In this document: in pieces, positions 38,978-48,442 of the stretch
How positions within the stretch are numbered: position 1 is the first letter of the stretch
How the letters are laid out: every line of letters starts with the position of its first letter
Source of the DNA: an uncultured candidate division Zixibacteria bacterium
Lineage (GTDB): Bacteria; Zixibacteria; MSB-5A5; UBA10806
DNA: 64,000 bases
Direction of reading: 5' to 3'
NCBI GenBank assembly: GCA_963817915.1
Contig: CAWFQL010000016.1
Location: 1-64,000, forward strand
Notes under the pieces: model-generated
The model's database searches: none
What the model saw: only the letters and a program-made list of their open reading frames with translations
What the model was told of the DNA's origin: nothing
Made by a program: the position numbers and the translations under genes

Positions 38978-40909
38978 TTACTTATTGAGTCTCGGCTCGG
39001 CCGGATTATTTTTCAACTCGGGATCTTCCGGATGCTCATGTTTATACATATCTTCAGGCATTTTACCCGTATACCACGATGGATTCATGGGATAAACTGA
39101 CGGGCTGAAGATAGTCGAGTACATATGCCAAATCAGAATCGCCAACGTGGCCAACCACGCCTCATAGTAATGAATAATCAACATGATATCGAGGAATCCC
39201 TTGGGGAACCATTCAACTGCCGCATTTTCATACCACAGGAAAAAGCCCGTCAGTATCATTACTGCTGTTCCCCATACCAAAGCCCAATATTCAGCCTTCT
39301 CGACATAACTAAACCGTCCGAAACGAGGGCTTTCTTTTCGTTTACCGAGATTATAAGCAATGGTCTGGAAGAACTGAATCAAATCCAATTTCGATGGCCA
39401 CATGTCGGTGATGAATTTTCGTCCGCGGGCCGTAGTAAGATATAGAATATGCCAAATCGTTGTCAGAATAAAGAGCACGGCCGCCACTCGATGGATAACT
39501 CCGCGCACGGGGAATCCGCCCTCTCTGCCAAATAGCAGTTTAGCCCACCAAGCCTCCGAAAATCGAAGCGCAAAACCTGTAACTACCAGTGTCAAAAATG
39601 TCACCATAAGAAATGTGTGCTGCCAGAGCTCGCCCAGGGTCATGCGAACAATTTGCTTTTTGTTGCCGATATTTTTTATCTGTTTTCGTAAATCAATGAC
39701 CCAGTGAATGATCATTGTTCCAACAATTACTATAATGGCAATAATATAAATCTGACTTACGATTTTGGCCGCAGGTGTCTGGGTAACTCCCGGAGTGCCA
39801 TGGATCGGCGTATTGGCAACCGCCTGCGATATTCCGGGATGGCAATGGCCGCAGGTAGCCTGCAAATTCGCCGGATATATCGATGATGTTCTGTCGGTAT
39901 GTGGTAGTATCCTGTGAGCCCCATGGCATGACGCGCAATTGGCTACAGTCAAATCGCCGGCGCGGCTTTTTAATCCATGATAACTGTCGACATACGATGC
40001 CAAACGACCGGTTGGCACGCCATATTTTTCATTTAATCTTGCTGATTCATGGCAAGGGGCACATGTTGCCTCGGCGACTCGAGCGGGACTGACAGCCGAA
40101 CGGGGGTCTTTCGGCGAAAGAATGCCATGCTCGCCGTGACATTCGGTGCAAACCGGCGAATCGGTTTCGCCCATGGCTGTCAACTTGCCATGTATGCCCT
40201 CCCAATAATCATTCTCGATACTCTTATGGCACCTGCCGCATGTCTTGGGGATATTGAAATGATTGATTGATGAAAGGGAATTACCCTGAGACAATATCAT
40301 ATGAGCGGTGCTGTTGCTTGAATGGCAATCATTGCATGTAGCCGCGAGATATACTCCGCCAAGCGATGCGACTCCGTGAACACTGCTCTTAAAAACCTCT
40401 ACCGGTTTTTCGAGGGGAATTTCATATTTTTTTACCAGATCGATATTCTCGTGGCATCGGCCGCATGTAGACGGAAGATTAAGTGGGTTTACCCGTGAAT
40501 CCCGCGATGTGGACGGCGTAATATCATGCATCCCGTGACAATCGGCGCAGGATGGGAGATCTTTGTTTTCGCCGACTTTTATATGGCCGTGCATTTGATA
40601 AATTTTGGCTTCGCTCTCATGGCAATTGCCGCAATTCACGTTTGCCAATTTCTCCGCGTGGGGAGTTTCCTTTATATCAGAATGGCAACCGGTACATTCC
40701 AACGATCCATGCGACGAACTTTCATACATAGCCTTGTCGACAAAGAGCGTATCTTCATGCCCGGTGGAATCCTGTCTTACCAGGCCCTTGTCACCATGGC
40801 AATCAAGACATTGTGCATTAATCAGGGATGGGATAAATAAAATTATGGAGAATAACAGTAAAGATGTCGCCAGAACGGCGGCCTGACCGAACTTTGTTTT
40901 TTGAATCAC
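38978..40909 (-). CDS. 11-heme cytochrome c fused to a cytochrome-b membrane domain (CbcL-like); likely GTG start at 40909
   Basis: 11 CXXCH counted by eye, 'QH..L', 'IHRVAA', 'FSYVEKAEYWALVWG', 'HYYEAWLA..IWH'; GAGGTG Shine-Dalgarno before the GTG. Confidence 0.88.
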   Translation of the reverse strand: MIQKTKFGQAAVLATSLLLFSIILFIPSLINAQCLDCHGDKGLVRQDSTGHEDTLFVDKAMYESSSHGSLECTGCHSDIKETPHAEKLANVNCGNCHESEAKIYQMHGHIKVGENKDLPSCADCHGMHDITPSTSRDSRVNPLNLPSTCGRCHENIDLVKKYEIPLEKPVEVFKSSVHGVASLGGVYLAATCNDCHSSNSTAHMILSQGNSLSSINHFNIPKTCGRCHKSIENDYWEGIHGKLTAMGETDSPVCTECHGEHGILSPKDPRSAVSPARVAEATCAPCHESARLNEKYGVPTGRLASYVDSYHGLKSRAGDLTVANCASCHGAHRILPHTDRTSSIYPANLQATCGHCHPGISQAVANTPIHGTPGVTQTPAAKIVSQIYIIAIIVIVGTMIIHWVIDLRKQIKNIGNKKQIVRMTLGELWQHTFLMVTFLTLVVTGFALRFSEAWWAKLLFGREGGFPVRGVIHRVAAVLFILTTIWHILYLTTARGRKFITDMWPSKLDLIQFFQTIAYNLGKRKESPRFGRFSYVEKAEYWALVWGTAVMILTGFFLWYENAAVEWFPKGFLDIMLIIHYYEAWLATLAILIWHMYSTIFSPSVYPMNPSWYTGKMPEDMYKHEHPEDPELKNNPAEPRLNK

Positions 40910-40949
40910 ACGCACCTCATCATCATCATCAACTCCTAATCCAAACACG

Positions 40950-40969
40950 ATCGTGAACTTCTTCACGAT
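40950..40969. promoter_or_regulatory. Rex-like operator 1
   Basis: Perfect palindrome ATCGTGAA-CTTC-TTCACGAT between the promoter and the start codon. Confidence 0.65.
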
Positions 40970-40993
40970 TACACGCCCGCCCCGCCATCAAAT

Positions 40994-41021
40994 AATTTAT
41001 CTTTTTTAACCACGCTGTCAA
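40994..41021 (-). promoter_or_regulatory. Sigma70 promoter of the cytochrome pair
   Basis: TTGACA-N16-TAAATT on the minus strand. Confidence 0.55.
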
Positions 41022-41026
41022 GCATA

Positions 41027-41044
41027 ATGTGAAATAGTTCTCAA
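41027..41044. promoter_or_regulatory. Rex-like operator 2
   Basis: ATGTGAA-ATAG-TTCTCAA, two mismatches to TTGTGAA-N4-TTCACAA, 5 bp from the -35. Confidence 0.5.
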
Positions 41045-41149
41045 AATCAATAAGAGTAAATTTTCTATCATCTTATCATCCAACGGGTTCGATTTGACGC
41101 AGTAATTAATAATCCTCAAAAAAATAGGAATTTCTTGGATTTAGTAATC

Positions 41150-42106
41150 CTATTTAATCAATTCCAGAAATTCTGGTTTAGATTTCAGGCCCGCTAAATC
41201 CGGGTCATTTGCAGCCATCTTTTTAAAGCCCGGTGCGATACTCAATGATTTCTGGATGCTCACAAAAGCCTCATCAAAATTCCCGGAAAGCGAAAGATAA
41301 CAAGCCAGATCATAATAAGTCTCCGGCATGCCAGGTCCCAGCTGAACCGACTTGCGGGCTTCCTTGACAGCGTTGATAAGATCGCCGGCCTGATTATATT
41401 GGGCCGCCATATTAAGATGGGAAAGCGGCGCGGCGATATTGAATAATCTCTTTATCTCTTTGAATGGCTCCTGGCTGTCGTCAACACGTATATCGATTTT
41501 TCTATCGTAACGCAAATTACTTGATTTTTGCACTACCAATAGTGCCGCCGATTGCTTCCCTCTGGCGTCTCCGCCCGCTGAATCTCCAGCCAGCAACGCG
41601 GCTAAAAGCTTTTCAGCCAATTCGCCCTGCGTATTCTCGAATGCCGCCACCATTTTGTTTACGACACTATCGGCCACGAGAATATTGCCCTGAGCCGCGC
41701 AGTTTGTTCCGACCTTGCCCCCCGCCCAGAACATACAATCTTTGCCTGTGTATGTGGCCGCGTTGCCTTTGGAGTCGATTACTCCTATCTGGCGGCGTGA
41801 CGAACCGGGGTCGGCTTTTGTGAGTGAGTCAATCACGGCTTGCGGAGTCATGCCTTTCTGCAAAAGCTCCAGCCCCATGATACCGTAATCCATATTCACC
41901 GATGCTTGAGTGGCGACCGCGCCAACTTCGGATTTGGCCCAGGGAACAACCGACCCGACCGCGAAATATTTGCTGGCCACTGCCACGCCCAGCTCACCGG
42001 TCGCGGGATCGCATCCGACTATTGAGAATGTGTTAACCGGCACTGTTGCATTAATCGCGGCCAACGGCAATAAAGCTAATAAGATTATGATCAGTATCTT
42101 TTTCAT
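41150..42106 (-). CDS. DUF1028 (Ntn-hydrolase-like) protein with a C-terminal TPR
   Basis: 'TFSIVGCDPATGELGVAVASK', 'GAVATQA', 'QGNIL', 'GGDARGKQSAA'; 'YYDLACYLS'. Confidence 0.88.
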   Translation of the reverse strand: MKKILIIILLALLPLAAINATVPVNTFSIVGCDPATGELGVAVASKYFAVGSVVPWAKSEVGAVATQASVNMDYGIMGLELLQKGMTPQAVIDSLTKADPGSSRRQIGVIDSKGNAATYTGKDCMFWAGGKVGTNCAAQGNILVADSVVNKMVAAFENTQGELAEKLLAALLAGDSAGGDARGKQSAALLVVQKSSNLRYDRKIDIRVDDSQEPFKEIKRLFNIAAPLSHLNMAAQYNQAGDLINAVKEARKSVQLGPGMPETYYDLACYLSLSGNFDEAFVSIQKSLSIAPGFKKMAANDPDLAGLKSKPEFLELIK

Positions 42107-42574
42107 GGCAATCCTCCTTTAACAAAATTCACATTTTTATTATTTTGCCATAAGCCGGGAATATAGTCAAATGGAATATCTTGTATATCGACTAGATAAT
42201 ATGGTTGGCATCAGCATCCGTTTGTGCGAGCGCAAGCAATATCAAAAGAAATATCACGCCACACGATAACACAGGCTCAGTTTAATACTTACCATTATGG
42301 AAAAACTTCTGTTGAGCATCGAATTTATTTAGGCCGTCGTGGTTAATGGCAATCATATTTTGTTTTAGGATTCTAAAACAATTCCATAAAATTGTTACTA
42401 AGCATTTAATATGCATTTGGGTCGTATTAGTAGTAGGCTAAAGTATTGAAATGAGGCTAATTGCTTATCTTTCGAAATCTTTCGCCAGCTAGATCGAGCG
42501 AAGAACAAGGACTGTCCAGCGCTTAAACCTTATATTGACGCATTTCATTCGAGGCATCGGACTTTTTTTTACCA

Positions 42575-43108
42575 TCATTTATTGACAATTCCCGATTCAA
42601 TCGATTGATCTGTCTTTTCCGAGCCGACAGCAATCCTCCTAAAGAGCGCATTATAGATCTTGGAGGGTATACAAAAATCGACAAAGCTGACCAGAGAGGC
42701 CGATGTTAGCATGGCAGCGCCGACAATATAAACCATTGTGAAATTACCTCGATAAAAAAAGTAGTTGATCAATATCAGCATCGCAGTACCCATTGCGCAT
42801 GCGAAGCGGCCCTGAACCGGACGATGCGGAAGCTTGGGACGGCCTATTAAAAATCTAATACCGTAATTATAGAGATAATCTACTGGATGATATGGCGGAA
42901 TCATTCCCAAAATTGCAGTACCCAGAGCAAAAAGCAGAATCGGCTGACTCTTAAATACAACGCCCAATATTAGGAGGCCCCCGCAAAATGCGTAGGCAAG
43001 CCTGAATCCGAAACGATGCTGCCTTAGCTCCGGATCGGTTAATTCGCAATAGCCCTGATCATTGAGCTGTCTCTTTGACCACGGGGATATTATATATTCA
43101 CTATTCAT
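42575..43108 (-). CDS. DUF4395-like membrane protein
   Basis: Several TM helices, 'HPVDYLYN', 'RFAC', 'FCIPS..YN'. Confidence 0.65.
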   Translation of the reverse strand: MNSEYIISPWSKRQLNDQGYCELTDPELRQHRFGFRLAYAFCGGLLILGVVFKSQPILLFALGTAILGMIPPYHPVDYLYNYGIRFLIGRPKLPHRPVQGRFACAMGTAMLILINYFFYRGNFTMVYIVGAAMLTSASLVSFVDFCIPSKIYNALFRRIAVGSEKTDQSIESGIVNK

Positions 43109-43280
43109 AGAGTTTTACCTCCCCTAAAATATTTACTTGTAATTAAAACTGGTGTTTGAAATTAGAAGTTTCTGGTGATGGCATACTTATCAAGAATCGC
43201 CAGGAGGAACTCATAAATAGCCAAAATGGTTTTTCTCTGGAATTAGATTTTGACCAGAATTCCTAAACTAGGGAGATAAT

Positions 43281-43697
43281 ATGAAAATCAGCGCACGAGT
43301 CCACAATATTCAGGGCAAGAATGATGTGTCGTTGCAAACGGATGATAACGTACATGCGATCGCAATTGCTCCAAAATCATCCGGCTTTGGCTCAAGCGTA
43401 AACGGCGGGGAATTATTGTTATTGGCGTTGGCTACTTGTTATTGCAATGATATCTATAGAGAAGCTGCCAAAAGAGGAATCCATATTACCGATGTTGAAG
43501 TGAAAGTCGAAGGCGAATTTGGCAAAGAAGGTGAACCCGCAAGAAATATAACTTATAGTGCTAAATTGAGCGGAGACGCCAAGGAAAGCGACATTCTGGA
43601 ATTAATGAAACAAACCGATGCGCTTGCCGAAATCCAAAACACGCTGAGAATCGCAACGCCGGTAACGCTAAACAGCATAGAAATCATGAGAGTTTAG
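43281..43697 (+). CDS. OsmC-family protein
   Basis: 'NGGELLLLALATCYCND'; size and pattern fit the family. Confidence 0.8.
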   Translation: MKISARVHNIQGKNDVSLQTDDNVHAIAIAPKSSGFGSSVNGGELLLLALATCYCNDIYREAAKRGIHITDVEVKVEGEFGKEGEPARNITYSAKLSGDAKESDILELMKQTDALAEIQNTLRIATPVTLNSIEIMRV

Positions 43698-43865
43698 CAT
43701 ATAATAGAACATACATTAATTCTAATCAGCCATGACATAAAGCATTAGCCTCTTAAATGAGAGATTTTTTATTGACAAATTATCGGTAATCTTGGAAACT
43801 ATAATAAAATATAGATAGGGCTTACGCCCAATGGAGATTATGGATAATAAGGGGAACAAGATATA

Positions 43866-44792
43866 ATGGGAATTTGCAGAAATATCTTAGATGCTATAGG
43901 AAATACTTCTATAGTACAGCTGCATAAAGTTGTCCCTTCCGATAGCGCGAAGATTTTCGTAAAGCTTGAATGGGAAAATCCCTCGGGCAGCATGAAAGAT
44001 CGGACGGCGCTGGCTATGATTTCGAAGGCTGAGGAAGACGGCCGATTAAAACCAGGCGATTCAATTGTAGAGTATACGGGCGGCAGTACCGGGATTTCGC
44101 TCGCATTGATTTGCGCGGCGAAAGGGTACCGGATTCATATTGTTACCTCGGATGCATTCAGCAGGGAAAAATTGAAGCAGATGGCCGCATTCGGAGCAGA
44201 GCTAACGCTCATACCGAGTGAGGGCGGACTTACAACAAAGAAATTGATATTGGATATGATTGAAGCCGCCAGAGAAATCAGCCGAAAACCGCATACCTTC
44301 TGGACAAATCAACTAAGTAATATCGATAGTATCTCAGGATATTACCCGTTGGCCGAGGAGATATGGAATCAGACCAAAGGCAAACTCGATGCATTTGTAC
44401 ACAGCGTGGGCACCGGCGCATCATTGCGGGGCGTGGCAACTGTGTTAAGGCGATACAATCCAGGACTCAAGATTATAGCAGTGGAACCGGGGGAATCCGC
44501 GGTGTTGTCTGGGGGACAGGCCGGGCCTCACAAAATTGAAGGCGTTGGTATCGGATATACTCCGCCGCTCTGGGATCCTAGTCTTATCGATGAAATTGTT
44601 GCGGTGAAAACTGACGACGCCAAAGCCATGGCCCGCAGATTGGCTCGTGAAGAAGGTTTATTTGCAGGAACATCATCGGGGGCAAATGTAGTCGCGGCAA
44701 TACAAGTCGCAAAGAGATTAGGGCCAGATGCAAGTATAGCCACCTTGATGGTCGATTCCGGATTAAAATATCTGAGTACGGATGTCTATTAA
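43866..44792 (+). CDS. cysK: Cysteine synthase family (PLP-dependent)
   Basis: 'IGNT', 'KLEWENPSGSMKDR', 'GTGAS', 'HKIEGVG', 'EEGLFAGTSSGAN', 'DSGLKYLST'. Confidence 0.85.
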   Translation: MGICRNILDAIGNTSIVQLHKVVPSDSAKIFVKLEWENPSGSMKDRTALAMISKAEEDGRLKPGDSIVEYTGGSTGISLALICAAKGYRIHIVTSDAFSREKLKQMAAFGAELTLIPSEGGLTTKKLILDMIEAAREISRKPHTFWTNQLSNIDSISGYYPLAEEIWNQTKGKLDAFVHSVGTGASLRGVATVLRRYNPGLKIIAVEPGESAVLSGGQAGPHKIEGVGIGYTPPLWDPSLIDEIVAVKTDDAKAMARRLAREEGLFAGTSSGANVVAAIQVAKRLGPDASIATLMVDSGLKYLSTDVY

Positions 44793-44835
44793 AATTTGAA
44801 GTCGTTTAAATTTCAAACGAAGAGGGGGAATCCAA

Positions 44836-45618
44836 ATGAAAGTGCTATATTTTATAAGAGCAATACTGCTAGTTGTTTCAACCATATTCGTAAATTGCGC
44901 TGGATCAAATAAACCGAAGGTAATTCAACGGGTGCTCCCGCCGCCTATCGAAACAAACTGCTATCTGATGTATGATGATAAAAGCGGAGAGGCCGCACTT
45001 GTCGATGTCGGCGGACAAATTGACACGCTGACAGCATTCATTGAAAAAAATCACCTGAAAATAAAGTACATATTTATCACACATTGTCATCCCGATCATG
45101 TATTTGGACTGCCCGCTATCAAAGAGCTATTTCCCGAAGCAAAAATATGCATTTCCAGAGCGGATTTCGAGGATACCAAGTTGTATTCGCAATGGGAGAG
45201 CAAAATGAGTCCGGAAATGGTGGCAGAAATCAAGAAATCTCCCGAAGCCGTAGCTTTCATGAATTTCGACATCAGCAAATTTTGCCAGCCGGATATCTTC
45301 CTCGAAAATAATCAAACTTACAAAGTTGGCAATATTGATGTTAGAACCATTTTCTCGCCGGGCCATTCCAGGGGAAGCGTCTGCTACTGGGCAGGAAATG
45401 TGTTATTCTCCGGTGACGTTTTGTCCTACAAAAGCGTAGGTCGAACCGACTTAGTTGGGGGTGAACGGGATTCATTAGTTACATCGGTCAGACGGCTCTA
45501 TTCCATGCTACCTGAAGAGACGATCGTGTATCCGGGCCACCGCCAGTTTACCGATATCGGCTTTGAGAAAAAGAATAATCTAAAAATCTCGGAAGACTCG
45601 ATAAACATCCCTAATTGA
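44836..45618 (+). CDS. MBL-fold metallo-hydrolase (glyoxalase II-like), probable lipoprotein
   Basis: 'THCHPDH', 'PGHSRG', 'FSGD', 'GRTDL.GG', 'YPGH'. Confidence 0.88.
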   Translation: MKVLYFIRAILLVVSTIFVNCAGSNKPKVIQRVLPPPIETNCYLMYDDKSGEAALVDVGGQIDTLTAFIEKNHLKIKYIFITHCHPDHVFGLPAIKELFPEAKICISRADFEDTKLYSQWESKMSPEMVAEIKKSPEAVAFMNFDISKFCQPDIFLENNQTYKVGNIDVRTIFSPGHSRGSVCYWAGNVLFSGDVLSYKSVGRTDLVGGERDSLVTSVRRLYSMLPEETIVYPGHRQFTDIGFEKKNNLKISEDSINIPN

Positions 45619-45938
45619 GGAAACTCCGAGACATCGCGAAATTCTTAGTCCAAATTGATCCGATGGCTGCAGTAAGGCACAATCAGATTATTTGGGGCAC
45701 AGCAAATAATCGTCTTCATATATTTTAATAAGGTAACAGTTGGCGATTTTATAAAGCGCAAAAACAAATCGACAGCAAAGACCATTCGGCGGCGCTCCGA
45801 CGTTAATTTTCGGCCTGATACAAAATCTTAGAAACTTCTTATAATTCTCACAGGTTTTTTATTCTTGTAATTGGAATTTCGGCCACGCAATGGCCTTTAG
45901 TAGTTGTATTTCTCTAAATCTAAAGAAAAGGAGCAACA

Positions 45939-46334
45939 TTGAAAAAGGGCCCTCCTCCAAAAGATATTGATGCATATCTAAATGCGGTACCAAAAGAGAT
46001 GCGGGACGTACTCGAACAACTGCGTAATACTATCAAAGCCGCCGCGCCGAACGCCGAGGAAACCATCAGTTACCAAATGCCGGCTTTCAAATATCATGGG
46101 GTATTGGTTTATTTTGCGGCATTCAAAAACCATTGCAGCCTTTTCCCGGCTAGTAAATCAATAATGAAATTATTCAAAAATGAACTTGAACCATTCGACA
46201 TTTCCAAAGGTGCAACCATTCATTTCACCGCCGAAAATCCGCTTCCGGGAGGGCTAATTAGAAAGATAGTCAAAGCAAGGATTCAGGAAAACGAACTCCG
46301 TTTCATGAATAAGAAAAAGAGTAGATTGAAATGA
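45939..46334 (+). CDS. DUF1801 (YdhG-like) protein
   Basis: 'IDAYL', 'AAPNAEETISYQMPAF', 'FAAFKNH', 'VKARI.EN'. Confidence 0.85.
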   Translation: MKKGPPPKDIDAYLNAVPKEMRDVLEQLRNTIKAAAPNAEETISYQMPAFKYHGVLVYFAAFKNHCSLFPASKSIMKLFKNELEPFDISKGATIHFTAENPLPGGLIRKIVKARIQENELRFMNKKKSRLK

Positions 46335-46906
46335 GAAAAATACATCTATTGATGCATACCTCACTTGACGGATTTGTGGCTGGACCAAACGGAGAATTTG
46401 ATTGGGTTCGGGTTGACGATGAACTTATGGAAATTGCTCTTGAACTAACCGACAATGCGGACACAGTTTTATATGGACGCGTAACCTTTCAAATGATGGA
46501 AAATTACTGGCCGACCGCGGGAGATAAACCCAATGCTTCCAGGCATGATATAGAGCATTCCAAATGGTATAACTCGGTCGAGAAGGTTGTCCTATCCAAA
46601 ACAATGAAAAAAGCGATTACCAAAAACACGAGATTTATCGGCGACAATATCCTCGACGAGATCAATCAGCTTAAAAGAAAGCCCGGCAAGAATATATTAA
46701 TAATCGGCAGCCCGTCTTTTGTCCATCTGCTGATGAAGCAAAACCTGATCGACGATTATTGGCTTTTTGTAAACCCAATAGTTCTCGGCAAAGGCATTCC
46801 CTTATTCTCCGGGATCAAAGACAAATTTCAGCTAAAGCTTTTGAGAAGCAAAGAATATTCAATAGGCGTAATTGCTCTCCATTATGAGAGAAAATCGGTA
46901 AACTAA
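46331..46906 (+). CDS. Dihydrofolate reductase family (RibD C-terminal) protein
   Basis: 'SLDGFVAGP', 'GRVTFQ', 'LIDDY..VNPIVLGKG.PLF'. Confidence 0.88.
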   Translation: MRKIHLLMHTSLDGFVAGPNGEFDWVRVDDELMEIALELTDNADTVLYGRVTFQMMENYWPTAGDKPNASRHDIEHSKWYNSVEKVVLSKTMKKAITKNTRFIGDNILDEINQLKRKPGKNILIIGSPSFVHLLMKQNLIDDYWLFVNPIVLGKGIPLFSGIKDKFQLKLLRSKEYSIGVIALHYERKSVN

Positions 46907-46933
46907 AGTGCTAACAAGCTGTAAGGAGGCTAT

Positions 46934-47407
46934 ATGCAAAAAATAACAACGGTTCTGACATTCAACGATCAAGCTGAAGAAGCTGTCAATTTTTATACGT
47001 CAATAATCAAAAATTCCAAGATTGTGAGTACTACTCGCTACGGAGACGCGGGGCCGGGACCCAAAGGGTCGGTAATGGTAATTGAATTTCAACTCTTTGG
47101 GCAGGGATTTCTGGCATTGAATGGCGGCCCGCATTTCAAGTTCGCGCAAGGCATATCATTACTCGTGAATTGCGAGACACAACAGGAAGTTGATGAGCTT
47201 TGGGAAGAGCTTTCCGAAGGTGGCGAAAAGCAGCAATGCGGCTGGCTGATAGATAAATTCGGTGTGACCTGGCAGGTTGCTCCTACAGTTTTGGGGAAGC
47301 TGATGCAGGACAAAGATCCGGCAAAGGCAAAAAGAGTTACAGAGGCATTGATGAGGATGGAAAAAATCGAAATAAAGGCTTTAGAATTGGCGTACGCCGG
47401 TAAGTAA
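46934..47407 (+). CDS. VOC / PhnB-like (3-demethylubiquinone-9 3-methyltransferase family) protein
   Basis: 'QAEEAVNFY', 'ALNGGPHF', 'CGWLIDKFGVTWQV'. Confidence 0.88.
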   Translation: MQKITTVLTFNDQAEEAVNFYTSIIKNSKIVSTTRYGDAGPGPKGSVMVIEFQLFGQGFLALNGGPHFKFAQGISLLVNCETQQEVDELWEELSEGGEKQQCGWLIDKFGVTWQVAPTVLGKLMQDKDPAKAKRVTEALMRMEKIEIKALELAYAGK

Positions 47408-47422
47408 ATTTAGGGGGCCATT

Positions 47423-47977
47423 ATGCGAAAGCTAATAGCATTCAATTTCGTCACTCTTAACGGCTACTTCAAGGGGCCTAATGACGATATCAGCTGGAAT
47501 AATCACGACGCTGAAGAAAATGAGTTTGCCGCCGAAAACCTCAAAGCCGGGAGCACGCTGCTTTTTGGACGAGTGACTTATGAGATGATGGCAAGTTTCT
47601 GGCCGACACCCATGGCTGCTCAAAGTTCACCCGCCGTAGCTGAGGGAATGAACAAGGCGGAAAAAGTCGTATTTTCACGAACGATGAAAAAGGCTGAGTG
47701 GAATAATACCAAAGTGGTGAAAGGTGATATTGTAGAGGCAACCAGAAAAATGAAACAGATGCCGGGCAAGGATATGACGTTGCTTGGCAGTGGATCGGTT
47801 ATCACCCAGCTTGCGGAAAATGGCTTAATAGATGAGTACCAGATAATGGTCGATCCTGTAGCCATAGGAGATGGAACGCCAATTTTCAAAGACATCAAGC
47901 ATAAACTAAATCTGAAACTTACCAAAACCAGAACTTTCAAGAACGGAGTTGTTCTTCTCTGCTACAAACCGGTCTGA
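47423..47977 (+). CDS. Dihydrofolate reductase family (RibD C-terminal) protein
   Basis: 'TLNGYF', 'LFGRVTYE', 'GSGS', 'LIDEYQIMVDP..GDG.PIF'. Confidence 0.88.
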   Translation: MRKLIAFNFVTLNGYFKGPNDDISWNNHDAEENEFAAENLKAGSTLLFGRVTYEMMASFWPTPMAAQSSPAVAEGMNKAEKVVFSRTMKKAEWNNTKVVKGDIVEATRKMKQMPGKDMTLLGSGSVITQLAENGLIDEYQIMVDPVAIGDGTPIFKDIKHKLNLKLTKTRTFKNGVVLLCYKPV

Positions 47978-48442
47978 TTAGGGCATTGGGTCACCGGATG
48001 ATCGGTAAGTTTACGGGCATTGACTGTCAATTATATTTGACTTCATAGCAATGGCAGCGGCTGAAGTTTCTTACTCGAAAGGATTAATTGTCCGTGGAGC
48101 GAAGGATATTTTCCTGAACTAATAATCGCCAAATGGGTCATTCTATAGATTTAGAATCATCCAATATTGATAGTAAATATTAGATATTAAACTTGTCCTT
48201 TCAAATTTATTTTGAAAATGACAATTATTTTCATTTTGCGGAAACAATCGGAGTGTAATTATTTGTTTATTGCCCACGGTGTGATATTTTTTTGTAAACC
48301 GAAAGGTCTGATCAATTGGAGTACGCAATACACATTCGAAAAGATTATCAATGTATATATTGGGGCTGTTTAATTTGGCTGATGGGATTAACCATGAAAG
48401 CAGGGTACAATATTTATAGCTACCCGGACTGGAGAGCATTTT

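Noticed and set aside
43170..43230. CTTATCAAGA upstream of osmC/cysK, resembling the start of a SAM-I riboswitch
   Set aside because: The GAGGGA..GGCCC, GCAACC and GGTGC core elements are absent.
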